Shown here: piece after piece, positions 1 to 13,970 of the stretch
How the letters are laid out: every line of letters starts with the position of its first letter
Position numbering within the stretch: the stretch's first letter is position 1
Source of the DNA: Tubiluchus corallicola
Taxonomy: Eukaryota; Animalia; Priapulida
Assembly (NCBI GenBank): GCA_030141605.1
Contig: JAQGDQ010001486.1
Coordinates: forward strand, 1-38,510
Length of the DNA: 38,510 nucleotides
Direction: 5' to 3'
The notes under the pieces: model-generated
Told to the model about the DNA's origin: nothing
Database searches by the model: none
Seen by the model: the letters and a program-made list of their open reading frames with translations, nothing else
Position numbers and translations under genes: made by a program

Positions 1-30
1 TGTGTGTGTGTGCGTGCGTGCGTGCGTGTG

Positions 31-62
<32 letters not shown>

Positions 63-78
63 TGTGTGTGTACGTGTA
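1..78. repeat. (TG)n/(TGCG)n microsatellite
   Basis: Direct reading of the sequence. Confidence 0.95.
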
Positions 79-142
79 CTATTATTATTATTACATAAAT
101 AAACCATATATATATACGAATTTATGTTTATCTATTTTGCAG

Positions 143-208
143 AAAATGTACTGGAAGCTCTTTTAACAGGAGAACTAAGAGCAATTCACCCGGAAGTTGT
201 AGACGAAG
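143..208 (+). CDS. Probable internal coding exon of an unidentified gene (xNVLEALLTGELRAIHPEVVDE)
   Basis: Acceptor tttatctattttgcag|, donor GAAG|gtaaaa, 66 nt, symmetrical phase 1, stop-free with protein-like composition. Upstream exons would lie outside the window. Confidence 0.55.
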
Positions 209-594
209 GTAAAAAAGCTGATTATTTCTTACAAATTTTATTATTTAACAAATAATTTCAAATAAAACCGGTGTCCATCTAACTAGCGAACGGCAAAATG
301 CATGTAACTGGCCGCGAACATGAAATTATACTACCGCGGTAATAATTCTTTCACGTAAGACACTCTTAAAGCAAGAAAGGATAATTTTTCATATACTACC
401 CCATTTTCAAGTCTGATAAAAAGTATACATTTTAACACAATTAATACTGCAAAAGCGTTTCTGATAATTAAATAATAGATTAAAAACTTAAATACCGGCG
501 AGCGAGCGCAACTATTGATGAAGGTAAACACGCGTGAAACGATATTTAATTTTACTTATAGACTAACACTGTACATAGAGTTATATAGATTTAA

Positions 595-1213
595 AGGAAC
601 AGTAGGATTCTTCTCATATTCTATCCCATTTTAAACTGTGGTAGACGCATACGTTTTAGCACTGATAATAATGCCAAAATGTTTGTGACAATTAAATAAT
701 AGATTAAACTTAATTAACGACTGGTGGACCAGTTAGAGATGACATCACAAACTAACATAATTTTCAACTGCAAAAATATTCCACGAGCGTGTTGCACGTG
801 TTTAAGAAAGTAAAAATTGAAGTAAAGTGCTACTGTAAGATATGCAGTGTGTTTGTAGTAAAACTAGGCAAGTTTTAAGATAAAAATTCAAATTTCAAAT
901 TTACCGCTGCGCTCACACATGAGTTGTCGAACGTGTGTAGTTCGTCAGAAACTAAGACATCTGAAGTGAGAGGTACAGCACCTCTTTTTTGTGCAGTGCG
1001 TTTCTGAGATGCAGGAGCTAATGCCCGTCTAACTAGCGAATGCCGAAATGCTAGCGAAGGACTAGTGGCGCGAAGGTGAAATTGTGTTTGTGTGGTAATA
1101 ATAATTATTTTACGTAAGTCATTTCACGTAAGACATGGTAACCAGTAAAATCACTTTAAAGTCGCGATCACTTCATGCTTGGGCGCTCCCATTTTCAAAT
1201 AGCATGTTCCCTT
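595..1213 (+). mobile_element. Non-autonomous TTAA-flanked DNA transposon, family A (Kolobok-like)
   Basis: Starts TTAA|AGGAAC, ends near GTTCCCT. Internal blocks (gatgacatcacaaactaacataat; tctaactagcgaatg; gtggtaataatt..tttcacgtaag) recur at 23880-24395 and 30965-31460, with partial copies at 277-540. Confidence 0.65.
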
Positions 1214-1820
1214 TCAATATTTTAAAGAGTAGATTGTTTTGACCTACAGAAAAGTTGGCTCAGAATAATTTACACTATAATTATTTTTAAAATGGCCTAT
1301 ATTTGAGTTCGATACCAGCTATAGTACTATGAATAATGTTGGAGATATTGCAAACACATTTTACTTTTAGGCAACGTTTTAACGCTGTTCGTGTAAAATT
1401 GGCGAATAAATGGTTCAGAATTCAATTTATAGACCAATATGCAATCGTATTCTGCGTGTCCGTGTTGGCTAGTTGCGACTCACATTCTTGTATTTTCCCA
1501 TGACCAAAAGCAACATGGCGGGCATGGTTCTGCCCAGCAGCGCCAGCAGAGAGACCTACAGTTTAAGATTGGGTACGGATCCTATTTTATACATTAGACT
1601 ATTTTGAGCTGCAGTTTAAAACTGGTCCTGCTGCTCTTTAAAGAAGTGAAGCCTGTGAAAACTGAAAGTTAATCATTTAAATTTCTAAATTTCTAATTTA
1701 AATCACGTGTAACTATAATAAGAATCGACGTTGTTGTATTTTACCCATTTGCTACAGCTGCCTTTACACTATGGACGGTCGTTATATCGATACTTAGTCA
1801 CGTATTAATCATGACTTTAA

Positions 1821-3100
1821 GCACAAGAAAACCCTTCATAAACATAAAGCTTCAAAAATTCGTCTTGAAATTTTATACCACTTACATACTGCTTTTTCAC
1901 ATAAAGCAGTTTAATGGACAATCGTGCTGTTTAAAACATGTAAATTTAAACACCGGCGGTGACCGTTAGACGCAGCCATCTTGAGATTAGTCATTTGAAA
2001 AAAGTTTAGATAACATTGTGCAAAGTTTGAAAAAATAATCAGAGCATTCGTAGCGCACACATGTCACTAACTAAGTAAAATTTTAAATTACTGTATCTTG
2101 TCAGTAAGATTAAAAATACATTTTTGGTTAGTGAGTGGCGCACCCTGGAGGGCGAGTCAGCGACTTTTACCAATGGATGAAAACATTTTAAATAATTAAA
2201 AATTTTCTTTTCTAGTTACATAAGTCTTTCCAGCAGGGAAGCGAAAAGCTAAATAATATAGATTTACATTGAAAGTTTTTTGGGACATAATTTAACATTT
2301 CCTTTTCTTCCCCTGATTTACGTGGCGTAGTGACGTCATGTAATGGCGCCGTCGGAACAGTACTGCGGGAGATTTAAAATGAAAACAAACAAAAATTCTT
2401 CTTATGTATAAAATTGCTGTAAAGCAAAATAATTCTTTTTTCTGAAATCTACTTGAGGTGCCCCTTTTCTTCTCCTTTAAGAATCAGCTAACAGGTCGGG
2501 GGAGCGGGGGGACTGGGACGGAGGCCCGGAAGCCAATCCATTTCCTGTATTTTAGACGTTTTATGGGGCCTTTTTTCAGAAACAAAAGTCAAGAACTTCA
2601 ACTTAGAAGTAAACAAATTTCTAAAAGAGCCCTAAAACCCCAAACTTACAAACGTGCAAGCGCTGTACATCAATTTTTGAAATTCCTACCAAGTCCCACA
2701 TTTTCGAGACTTCTGGAAATGGATTTTTTATGTTAAGGGATTAAAGCTAAATCCTCGCTGCCTCACCCTCCATGGTGCGCCACTCCCTAACCAAAAACGT
2801 ATTTTAACCTTATTGACAAGTTACAGTAATTTAAAATTTTACTCAGTTAGTGGCGTGTGCGCTACGAATGCTCTGATTATTTTTTCAAACTTCATAGAAT
2901 GTTATTTAAACTTGTAGGCTACTAAAAGACTCGCCGTTAAAATGGCTGCGCCTAACGGTCATCGCGGGAGTTTAAATTTACATGTTTTGAACAGCGTGAC
3001 TGCCGATTGAAGTCCTGCATTTAAAAAGGCAGTATGTAAGTGATATAAAACTACAAGACAAATTTTCTAACTTTGTATTTTCGAAGGGTTTCCTTGTGCT
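1821..3100. mobile_element. Element with ~330-bp imperfect terminal inverted repeats, flanked by TTAA
   Basis: 1821-2152 is the diverged reverse complement of 2766-3100 (e.g. aaaaaataatcagagcattcgtagcgcacac / gtgtgcgctacgaatgctctgattattttttc). TTAA at 1817-1820 and 3101-3104. Confidence 0.8.
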
Positions 3101-4457
3101 TTAAACTAAAAGTAAAATTCTTGATTTTAATCTCTTCGAGAGAAAGGCCCATTCTAATGTACCTCAACCTTGTCAGCTTTGAGGTTCCACCTTGTCAGCT
3201 TTAAGGTACAGATTTTCTGTAAATCGCAAAAGTTCTCGTATGTCTGTGAAATAGCTGTACCAAAGACATGGCTTCGAATAAACTGCTTCACTTATCTGTT
3301 TCACGCTTCATTGAAGACTATAATCAATTCAAGAATCTTACCTTGTTAAAAGACTTTTTAGCAGGCTGCTTCGAAGCACGAGGTTTAACACTTCAAATTT
3401 ACTCAAGCATGAGTATTAGTTACATTTTAACCCGTTGCCCTATGGTTAATCAATTCTTGTATAAGAATACCGAGTAGGTTTCATTTGTGAACTAATTTGC
3501 AGATCAAAAATAGCAATTGCCCCCTGAAGCATCTGAGATATTCATTGCTGGTTCAACCAGTTGGGATAGTTTGACGTCAAAGTCGTATCAAAAGTTCCTC
3601 TGAAAAGTTTAGACCTGTCCAGAGGCATCTTGCAATTACGTCAACCTTCAAACAGGACCAGATTATGGCAAATAAAATTATGCCCCTCAGATGGAGCCAC
3701 CCGTCTTGACTATTTTTTATTCGTGATACCTTTTAGCGACATTTACACAGCGTGAAGTAAACCTATTGCAAATTCTTTAAATACTAGAATAGCGATAATT
3801 TGTTTGTCAATGCAAAATTTTTTTCAGCAAAACTATTTTACTATTTATTGCAAACGATAATTCAACACAATTTTTTTACCAAATGCAATGTCGCGAAGTT
3901 CGTCTCATAATTACTTCGCGTTTGATTAACTTGACTTTTAAATATTACATTGTTTGTCTTCTAGCTCATCTCTCTTTCATAATTTTTTCATCTTATTTCC
4001 TCCTTTTTTAGGCTTGTTATAACATTGAAATAGCTTAAATTTCCCTCTAATCTTACTGTACTTATTTGCTTCTGAATGACCTTTTACATTAATAGTGTTC
4101 TAGTTTTCTGTATTTAAGCTGTGTAAGACAGGTCTACCTCGAATATTTAGACCTGTGGGCCGGCCAGGTTAATTGTTCCGCTGTGTTTTAGTATAGCGGT
4201 ATTTTAGTATTGATAATAATTATGTTATTTGATTCTGTGATTTTACTTGCTAGTATAGTTATAATTCTTCGTGACTTGTTAATGATTGTGTTGTTTGATT
4301 CTTTGATTGTAAAAGCTAACAGGCTTAATAATTATGGGCAAACTTTAATTCGATATCAGCTCCCCCCCCCCCATTTCCTTGCCCGCATGCTACCAAAGTT
4401 TGAGGCCCCCCAAACAGCAGCCTATACTACGTTTTAGAATAACCAATACCAGCCTGT

Positions 4458-6843
4458 AAGAGAGAAGTGTGACATGTACAGCAACAACAATGACAAATAT
4501 GAGAAGTATGTGGAAGAGAGAAGTGTGACCTGTACAGCAACAACAATGACAAATATGAGAAGTATGTGGAAGAGAGAAGTGTGACATGTACAGCAACAAC
4601 AATGACAAATATGAGAAGTATGTGGAAGAGAGAAGTGTGACCTGTACAGCAGCAGCAATGACAAATATGAGAAGTATGTGGAAGAGAGAAGTGTGACATG
4701 TACAGCAGCAGCAATGACAAATATGAGAAGTATGTGGAAGAGAGAAGTGTGACATGTACAGCAGCAACAATGACAAATATGAGAAGTATGTGGAAGAGAG
4801 AAGTGTGACATGTACAGCAGCAACAATGACAAATATGGGAAGTCTCTGGACAGCAACAATGACAAATATGAGAAGTCTCTGGACAGCAACAATGACAAAT
4901 ATGAGAAGTCTCTGGACAGCAACAATGACAAATATGAGAAGTCTCTGGACAGCAACAATGACAAATATGAGAAGTATGTGGAAGAGAGAAGTGTGACATG
5001 TACAGCAACAGCAATGACAAATATGAGAAGTATGTGGAAGAGAGAAGTGTGACATGTACAGCAACAGCAATGACAAATATGAGAAGTATGTGGAAGAGAG
5101 AAGTGTGACATGTACAGCAACAGCAATGACAAATATGAGAAGTATGTGGAAGAGAGAAGTGTGACATGTACAGCAACAACAATGACAAATATGAGAAGTA
5201 TGTGGAAGAGAGAAGTGTGACATGTACAGCAACAACAATGACAAATATGAGAAGTATGTGGAAGAGAGAAGTGTGACATGTACAGCAACAGCAATGACAA
5301 ATATGAGAAGTATGTGGAAGGGAGAAGTGTGACATGTACAGCAACAGCAATGACAAATATGACAAGCATGTGGAAGAGAGAAGTGTGACATGTACAGCAA
5401 CAACAATGACAAATATGAGAAGTATGTGGAAGAGAGAAGTGTGACATGTACAGCAACAACAATGACAAATGTGAGAAGTATGTGGAAGAGAGAAGTGTGA
5501 CATGTACAGCAACAACAATGACAAATGTGAGAAGTATGTGGAAGGGAGAAGTGTGACATGTACAGCAACAGCAATGACAAATGTGAGAAGTATGTGGAAG
5601 AGAGAAGTGTGACATGTACAGCAGCAACAATGACAAATGTGAGAAGTATGTGGAAGAGAGAAGTGTGACATGTACAGCAATAGCAATGACACATGTGAGA
5701 AGTATGTGGAAGAGAGAAGTGTGACATGTACAGCAATAGCAATGACAAATATGAGAAGTATGTGGAAGAGAGAAGTGTGACATGTGCAGCAATAGCAATG
5801 ACAAATGTGACAAGCATGTGGAAGAGAGAAGTGTGACATGTGCAGCAATAGCAATGACAAATGTGACAAGCATGTGGAAGAGAGAAGTGTGACATGTGCA
5901 GCAATAGCAATGACAAATGTGACAAGCATGTGGAAGAGAGAAGTGTGACATGTGCAGCAATAGCAATGACAAATGTGACAAGCATGTGGAAGAGAGAAGT
6001 GTGACATGTGCAGCAATAGCAATGACAAATGTGACAAGCATGTGGAAGAGAGAAGTGTGACATGTGCAGCAATAGCAATGACAAATGTGACAAGCATGTG
6101 GAAGAGAGAAGTGTGACATGTGCAGCAATAGCAATGACAAATGTGACAAGCATGTGGAAGAGAGAAGTGTGACATGTGCAGCAATAGCAATGACAAATGT
6201 GAGAAGTATGTGGAAGAGAGAAGTGTGACATGTACAGCAGCAACAATGACAAATATGAGAAGTATGTGGAAGAGAGAAGTGTGACATGTACAGCAATAGC
6301 AATGACAAATATGACAAGCATGTGAAAGAGAGAAGTGTGACATGTACAGCAATAGCAATGACAAATATGAGAAGCATGTGGAAGAGAGAAGTGTGACATG
6401 TACAGCAATAGCAATGACAAATATGAGAAGCATGTGGAAGAGAGAAGTGTGACATGTACAGCAATAGCAATGACAAATATGAGAAGTATGTGGAAGAGAG
6501 AAGTGTGACATGTACAGCAATAGCAATGACAAATATGACAAGCATGTGGAAGAAAGAAGTGTGACATGTACAGCAATAGCAATGACAAATATGAGAAGCA
6601 TGTGGAAGAGAGAAGTGTGACATGTACAGCAATAGCAATGACAAATATGAGAAGCATGTGGAAGAGAGAAGTGTGACATGTACAGCAACAACAATGACAA
6701 ATATGAGAAGTATGTGGAAGAGAGAAGTGTGACATGTGCAGTGACATGCGCAGCAGCAACAATGACAAATATGAGAAGTATGTGGAAGAGAGAAGTGTGA
6801 CATGTGCAGCAACAACAATGACAAATATGAGAAGTATGTGGAA
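4458..6843. repeat. Tandem array of a 56-bp unit (gagaagtatgtggaagagagaagtgtgacatgtacagcaacaacaatgacaaatat), roughly 40 copies, with four 33-bp variant units at 4837-4968
   Basis: Period read directly (4501 to 4557, etc.). Accounts for the three ~800-aa minus-strand ORFs. Confidence 0.97.
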
Positions 6844-7223
6844 TTGAGGAATAGCCATGAATGTTATTATAAGGACTATAACTTCTTGGAGAGCATAGGT
6901 TATGAGGAAGTTTCATTGATTACAAAAACTGCACTAAACACGCAGCAAGGCACCTCCTGGGAGGTTTAATCTCTCACAGCAATTTCACAAGTGTGAACCG
7001 CTTTGCGAGTTACTGTCAGCAAGTTGATGCAAACTCTCCGACAGTTGTTGCGAGTTACTGTCTAGTGTGAACTCCTCGACTCTCGACACTTCTTTCAGTG
7101 ACTAGAGAAGCGAGCATCAACTCGCTCTTTCTGTCGGAGAGCAACTCGCGGCAAGTTTTTCTGGTCTGAATGCACTTGCGAGTTACTCTGCGAGAAAACT
7201 AGCTAGTTTGAACGCGCCCTTAG

Positions 7224-7269
7224 TTTCTGATACTCAACTAATGTACATGCTATAGTTGAGTATCAGAAA
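7224..7269. repeat. Perfect 17-bp hairpin with a 12-nt loop
   Basis: tttctgatactcaacta (7224-7240) / tagttgagtatcagaaa (7253-7269). Confidence 0.85.
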
Positions 7270-8072
7270 AAGGTCTCCAAAGTTCCACACATCCAGACAA
7301 AAGCATAATAGTTAAACCCAAGATTAGGCTGCGCAAATAATCACCACCTTCCTCAGGAGATTTCTTCTCCTGAGCTTTCTTTCCCATTTAGCAATCACAT
7401 TTATTAATTAGAAATTAGTCATTAATTAGAAATTAGTCCACATACATAATCTATAAATGCCTTAGAAGTGATTAAGGTATTTATTGATTATTTTGAATAA
7501 AACGTTTTTAAGACATGATAAACAATATACTATGTAATGATCATATCATTGAAAATGAGGCCAGATGATGATAATCTATTTTAAACAGTAATCATTAAAC
7601 TCTTCATTTAAATAATAAGAATGACTAGCATGATCGGTTTTATAATATTTATTTTATCAATAATTGTTTTGTTTGTCTGCAGTGCCACTATATTTCAAAA
7701 TCGAAATTGTATGCATGTCTTTTTTTGTATTATTATATATTTTCCATACTAATAAAGATGAGTAAATTTGAATATACCGGGTAGCGCAGAAAAATGTGCC
7801 GAAGTTTAGATTAAACGAGTGGTCTACAAAGTTGAAATTTCACAGGAGACAATCACCAAACAGAAACATTTCTCTTGGGATCAATTTGTTGCCCATCCTT
7901 TTTTACCCAAAAAAGCAAAAACTAATACGTTAATTTGCGGTAAGTTAGTAGACAGTTGACACAGCCCCCACCCCTCCCCGCAGAATTTACTATGAAACAG
8001 CATTCTTAATACAAATTCTAGTATAGCTGACCTCTCAAAATACTTCCGAACGTAAAACATTACAAGCATTCA

Positions 8073-8337
<265 letters not shown>

Positions 8338-8608
8338 GATTTTACAATTTTATTACAAAATCCTTCTAACATTTTTCGCGAACATTGAAATACGCCTAAC
8401 CTCCTAGAAGGCTTGACCTTTCCTTTAAACATCGTGTATGTGATGCGCTTTGACGAATCAACAAGGCTGGCTCAACAAGTGTTTCGTGTTCAAAAAATTC
8501 TTTGTAGTTACATGTTTTGTTTTTAGTTTCAACAATTAAGTAACGAATGTTTCAGCAGCCTGTATTTCACGGCTGAAAAAAATTGGAAAGTTGCGATTCA
8601 CTCTTTAA

Positions 8609-9323
8609 CCCTAATTGGGTCACCGGGGGTAAAGAATTACCCCCAGACCGGTTTTTTGTATTTTACCCTTTTACCATCCCAGTAAACCTTTTCTATGACT
8701 TTTTCTAAATATGTTTCGTGCACAAATTACTTTCCGTTATTTATTTTAGGCGCATTGTCTCACCACGAAATAAAAGTGAAACTGCAATATGTCGATTTTT
8801 TTAAATTGTCGAAACTTTACTTCGCTTGTCTATACTGACATTATACGAGCGATGTATCTAATAAAACAAAATCTCAGTTACTCAAATTACTCCACCTAAA
8901 AGAAGAAAGTAGTAGACAATAAATTCAAAATAACAATGATTTTTGCACACGCGCTAGCAATGTCGGTTGTCTACAGTTATGCTAGCATAGATAAGGGAAC
9001 GTAACTAAGTGAATTTAAATTTCGTATTACTAGTAAGTCACATACCTTTAAGCAGAAGTATCAAACGGCAATAGCATAATATGTGGTTACGCTGACCACC
9101 ATAGACTACATTATACCTCTGCTTAAAGACGTGTGACTTGCTAGTAATACGAAATTTAGATTCACTTAGTTACGTTCCCTTATCTATGCTGGAATAACTG
9201 TAGACAACCGACATTGTTAGCGCGTGTCGTAAAGTAATTTACGAATTATGGTGAGGGTAATTTTTTACCTCCCCCCCCCCCGGTTACCACAATCGGTTGT
9301 AAAAAATCGTGAGCCTATAAGGG
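8609..9323. mobile_element. piggyBac-like MITE containing a long internal palindrome
   Basis: TTAA|CCCT start and AGGG|CTAA end. Subterminal inverted motif ggtaaagaattaccc / gggtaattttttacc. Internal 115-bp inverted arms at 8947-9061 and 9113-9227. Confidence 0.6.
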
Positions 9324-10683
9324 CTAAGAAAACTTCTCTGAATGAACCTCATTATTTTATCTGAGTTTTGCACTAAAACTTTCTAAAGTTTCCCTAAAGA
9401 TTTAACCTTACAGCTATGATTCGCAATATTGATCTAATTTAACTCTTTTACACTCACTAATTTCATAGCTTCAGACGTTTCGTTGTTTCTCTGCGTGAAC
9501 GTGATTGGCCTCTCAAACACAGTGCTGACATCTACCCTTGGGAAAAGTTGATGTTGTTCTTCCGGCGTCCGTAATTGATCGAAATTGCTCGAAGCTATAA
9601 AAGTTTGACGTATTTCTGTTTGCACGGCATATTTTTCAAAGCAAACACAGTTTTGAAGTGTCTATAAGTATCAGTAAGTTAAGGGGTGTTAGGTTTTCTA
9701 AAAAGGGTGTATTCGTTTCTAAAAGAAAATTCAAAATTGTTATTTACTAAAGTACGAAGCTTTTATACCGTTATAACTACTGCTGCGTAACTTACAGAAG
9801 AATTTAACACAACAAGGCACACTTCGTCGTGATCATCACTGTCGTCAATGTCACAAGTAATCATCATCACCATCATCGTCATGGTCGTCATCATCATCAC
9901 CGTCATTCCGTAGTCCGTTACGTCTATTGAGGCAGCCAGACTTCTTAAACCTGCCCTCAAAACTCAGCAGTAATCCAGCAGAAAACTAGACATTGCTATC
10001 TTTTGGCTTGTCAGCACCACTTCCGACAATAATAATTGAGCTTGCATAGCATCTGCAGACCGATATATTAGCAATATGGAAAATCTTTAACTTGCGTAAA
10101 TATATAATGTTCTTAGGCAAGAAAGCTGAGAGGTAACAATACGTGTTGTTAAGTTTGTTGCGAAGCCATGTGTTTACACCTGAAAATGTGCATTCATTGA
10201 CCTTGTTCAATAAGCCTTACACAGTTTCGTTGCGCGCATGCGCAGTTGCTATAAGTCAAAGATAAGAGTAGAGTGGTTTACTAACAGGATCTTGCTTGGG
10301 AACACGAAAAAATGAACATGCTACTGAAAACTGTGACTATTACAGTAACTACAACTTTCGCGTGACGTAAGTAAAACAAAGCCGTCTGCCATATCTGTTC
10401 ACTAACTTAAGTTGTTTTACATGGACTTTGCATTAGACTACATGTAGAGAGGTTTACTAGCAAAATCTGCGTGGGAACAAGAAAAAATGAACTAAGTAAG
10501 ATTCTAGCTAGCTATTAAAATTGTTACTATTACAACAGCATGGGCTGCGAGACGTTGTCAAGTGTACACAAATGCGTTGTCTGGTACACTTAACCTTTGA
10601 CCTTTTCACGACAGAACTGTGAAAAAGCTTATTCAATAAGAAATCACACCAGCTGCTATCAATTTAATGTTTTTATTTTTCAG

Positions 10684-10697
10684 ATGTGAGAAGTTGA
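10684..10697 (+). CDS. Possible short terminal coding exon of the same plus-strand gene (..DVRS*)
   Basis: Strong acceptor tttttatttttcag|AT. In phase 1 it reads (G)AT GTG AGA AGT TGA. AATAAA at 11095-11100. Linkage to exon 143-208 is inferred only. Confidence 0.3.
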
Positions 10698-12079
10698 AGT
10701 GGCAGCCAATTCAGCAAGTGGCACTGAAACTAATATCTCACTCGAGCAAACACCTGTACATAGATTTTTATTAGTTTGCCTTTGAAAAAATGGAATATGC
10801 ATGAAAGAAAACTTGACAATAATAATGAAAAAAACCTGAAAGTCAATTTTCCAAAGTTAAAAATCAGTTTTGGCAAGGCACAATTCAATACGACTTTAGA
10901 GAAGTAATAACAGGGTGGCTGACTCGGTAACTTATGTTCGCTTAACATAGCTGTAGGGCGCGAAGTACGCCACTGGCCGAAATAGGACACTTCCACTAGA
11001 GCGCATGTGCTAAATTTGCAGAAAAGCAGCATCGCATATGAGAAGCCCAAGCGGGGCACTGGTGATTTTTGTTGACAATCGAGAATTATGTCATAATAAA
11101 ACATAAAACTAAATTTGTTTTAGAAAAAACTTTATAATAATGATAGATACTCCTTGACAATTTACAAATGTACATTTTACAATAATATCATCATTATTAT
11201 TAGCTTCATTAGTATCATCATAACATTAAACTGAGCATCTAATGCTTTAAAGAGAGAAACTGTGTAGGGTACATAACTCGCTAGCCCGTTTACTTAGTAG
11301 AAAACAATTATTTGTCCAAGAGAGAGGTAGAGAAACGGATCACCTGTCTGTGAAGTGAGACAAAATAAAAAATGATATACCTTAAGCAAATGTTGGAATC
11401 GTCGAAAAGCGGACTTATTTCACTTCAAAAAGTTTAATATCGAAGCCAAATTTAAAATTGGCCGTTCTACTAGCTCAGAATAAGATTCAATTCTTTTATC
11501 AGATATATAATAATTCAACGTGTATTCACCTTTTCAATTATTATTATTAAATAAACAAGGAAAACGGACGCTGCCACTTTGGTTAACGACTCAATTCGTC
11601 ACCTGTCTCTAGTGTCCTACTTGGGCAGCTCATGCAGGTGCGGCGCGTCCTACTTCGGCTGGTGTCTTGATCCACTCCCAACAATAGCAACTAAAATTAA
11701 TAATAGTGTCATATGTATGTCTTGTTTTAGTTCATTGCAGTTATGCTGTATTAATATTTTACTAACAAGTGAAAAATAAACGAAACTCAAATTCTAATTT
11801 TAATTCTAATCGAAACTTGAACTGAAATAGTGTAAGAGTGCCTATGAAGGACAGGTAAACAGGTGAAAAATAAACGAAATTCTAATTCTAATCGAAACTT
11901 GACTGAAACAGCGTAAGACTACCTATGAAGGACAGGTGTTTGAAGCCCGTGTTTTGAATAAAAGAGAGTAGTGGGTCTGTGTCGCAGTAAAGAAATCAAT
12001 TAATAGTTCGTTTTTTTGCAATGAAAGCTTCGGTTTGAACAATTACCTCCCCACAATGTCTAGCCGGTGATTGGAACTC

Positions 12080-12550
12080 AAATATTTTAGTTATTGCTGT
12101 TAAATTTTCCATACCGTTTCAAACTCTATCTTGCCACCAGGCGTTTTATTCTTCTGTATCTAGTTTCAGTTGATTTATAACAACAAACCACTTTTATCAT
12201 ACGTAAGTCTATAATTCTAAAGTAGCATAAGACTAAATTGGACAGTAAGCACCAGTCCATAAACATTCTGAGCTAAAAGTTCAGAGCCTGAATCTTTATT
12301 TTATAAGATTCTTGATAAAATCTGTGTAAATTAGCTCGTCATCAGCATCACAGTGAACAATAATTTGCCTAGTCATAGAAAATATTATGTGCCTCATTTA
12401 AAAAAATGACTAAATGCTCCACTTTCAATTTCGCCACGATAGTAAAATCTTATAATTCATATCAGTAACCGTGCAGAATTATAATTACGCAACTTAGCTT
12501 GAGATATCAAAAACTTAAACAGGCACTAGTTTTGGTAAAATGTATCAAAT
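12080..12550 (-). mobile_element. Possible highly degraded LINE reverse-transcriptase fossil
   Basis: Minus-strand remnants FDT.., VHCDADD (YADD-like) and LRMFMDW occur in the expected order but are broken by stops and frameshifts. Confidence 0.25.
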
Positions 12551-13970
12551 AATAGTTAGTCCTTACTCTCGAAATCTATAAGAAAAACGTAGATAACCAT
12601 TTACTTTCAACTAAGTGTAGCTAGTTTATCGAATCTGCCTTGTTGCTGTTTGCCTGGAATGTGGCGGCCTCTAGGAGCTAAACTTTGCAATTATTATAGT
12701 TCGTTTATCAGCATGAATAACGTGAACAAAACGTTTGGAAACTGAACTGCTCAACCTCAGATAATAGCAAAATATTGAACTGCAGACGGTACCTCGCCCA
12801 CAAGGGCTAAAACCACCCAGGTTGGTTCGGTACCAGCACATGCGGAGAGGCTAAGCAGTCTATAACTCTTCTGACATCCATCCACGAAACAACAGAATGA
12901 TGTGTAAGAAAAACGATACCTTCATTGGCAAATTACATGAAGTAGATTCAAAAACAAAGATGAAACACAGTTTACACTGTCGTGGATTAATCTAACTGGA
13001 CCAGTAAAAGAGCAGAGACGACCAGTATTATACAGGCCAGATGCATAACTTGGCTTCAATAGAAACATTTTACATGAAAGGGGTGTTCAGTACAACATTA
13101 ATTTATTTATGCTCATTTATTAGCAGGTCTTTTTGAGTAATTGGATTTGTTATTACTGAATTAGCTTAAAATTTTTCCAGACGTGAAAATGTTAATTATA
13201 GTATTAATCACCATTGTTAAACAACAGCTGCTGATAAGCTGACATTACTGAAAGCTATTTTACTAATTACCGAAAAATAAAAACAATTGCTTTTGAAACT
13301 GATAAGCTATGAAGATTGTGTGGTTCTTTTTAATCAAATCATTGCAAATGTGACTAAAGCAATGATTCGGCGCAGAGCAAAGCAATGATAATTAATTATT
13401 TAATAATTTATTTAAACAAAGCAATTTTACCATTTTGCTTTGTCTGTATAGATGTGTGGCTTTGAGTATTAAATTTAAAAAAGGAATAGTCATGCTAATA
13501 TTGTATGGATTGACTTAAATACGTTTTATTGTTGCTGTTATGGCACGTGTGGTTAGTAAACTTCTGTCTGTGGCAATTTGCTTAATAAACGGATTTGTTT
13601 GTTTAGAGGTGGAACTCGGCAGCATTTCTTACTTGTGTTTAGTTGAGAAATTTATGGCATGTCACACAAGTTCCATTCTTGTCTTTTCTCTTTGGTCGTT
13701 TTTCTAACTGTGCCCGTGTCATTTAACGTTATTTCTTCAAGATTTCCAACGCTAAGTGTAGCGGTTTGAACAACTTTTCAAAAACTGAACAGCTTAGTGG
13801 GCATTTCTCACCTTAAACGTCGAAGAAATAGCCCTTTATTCAGTAACAAATTACGGTGACAATAAGAGCTGCGATTTTCTTGTACTGGAACCTTACCTTT
13901 CTTTGTCTTCAATAACATAGTAGCTCATTTACCGAAATTTACTTTATTTTACCGAAGTTTTTCATTTAAC

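Noticed and set aside
4458-6843. CRISPR-like array
   Set aside because: No unique spacers, contiguous units, eukaryotic context and no cas genes.
4390-6916. Three ~800-aa Cys/His-rich ORFs as real genes
   Set aside because: They lie entirely on the 56-bp tandem array, and all three frames give the same repeat, as expected for a stop-free satellite strand.
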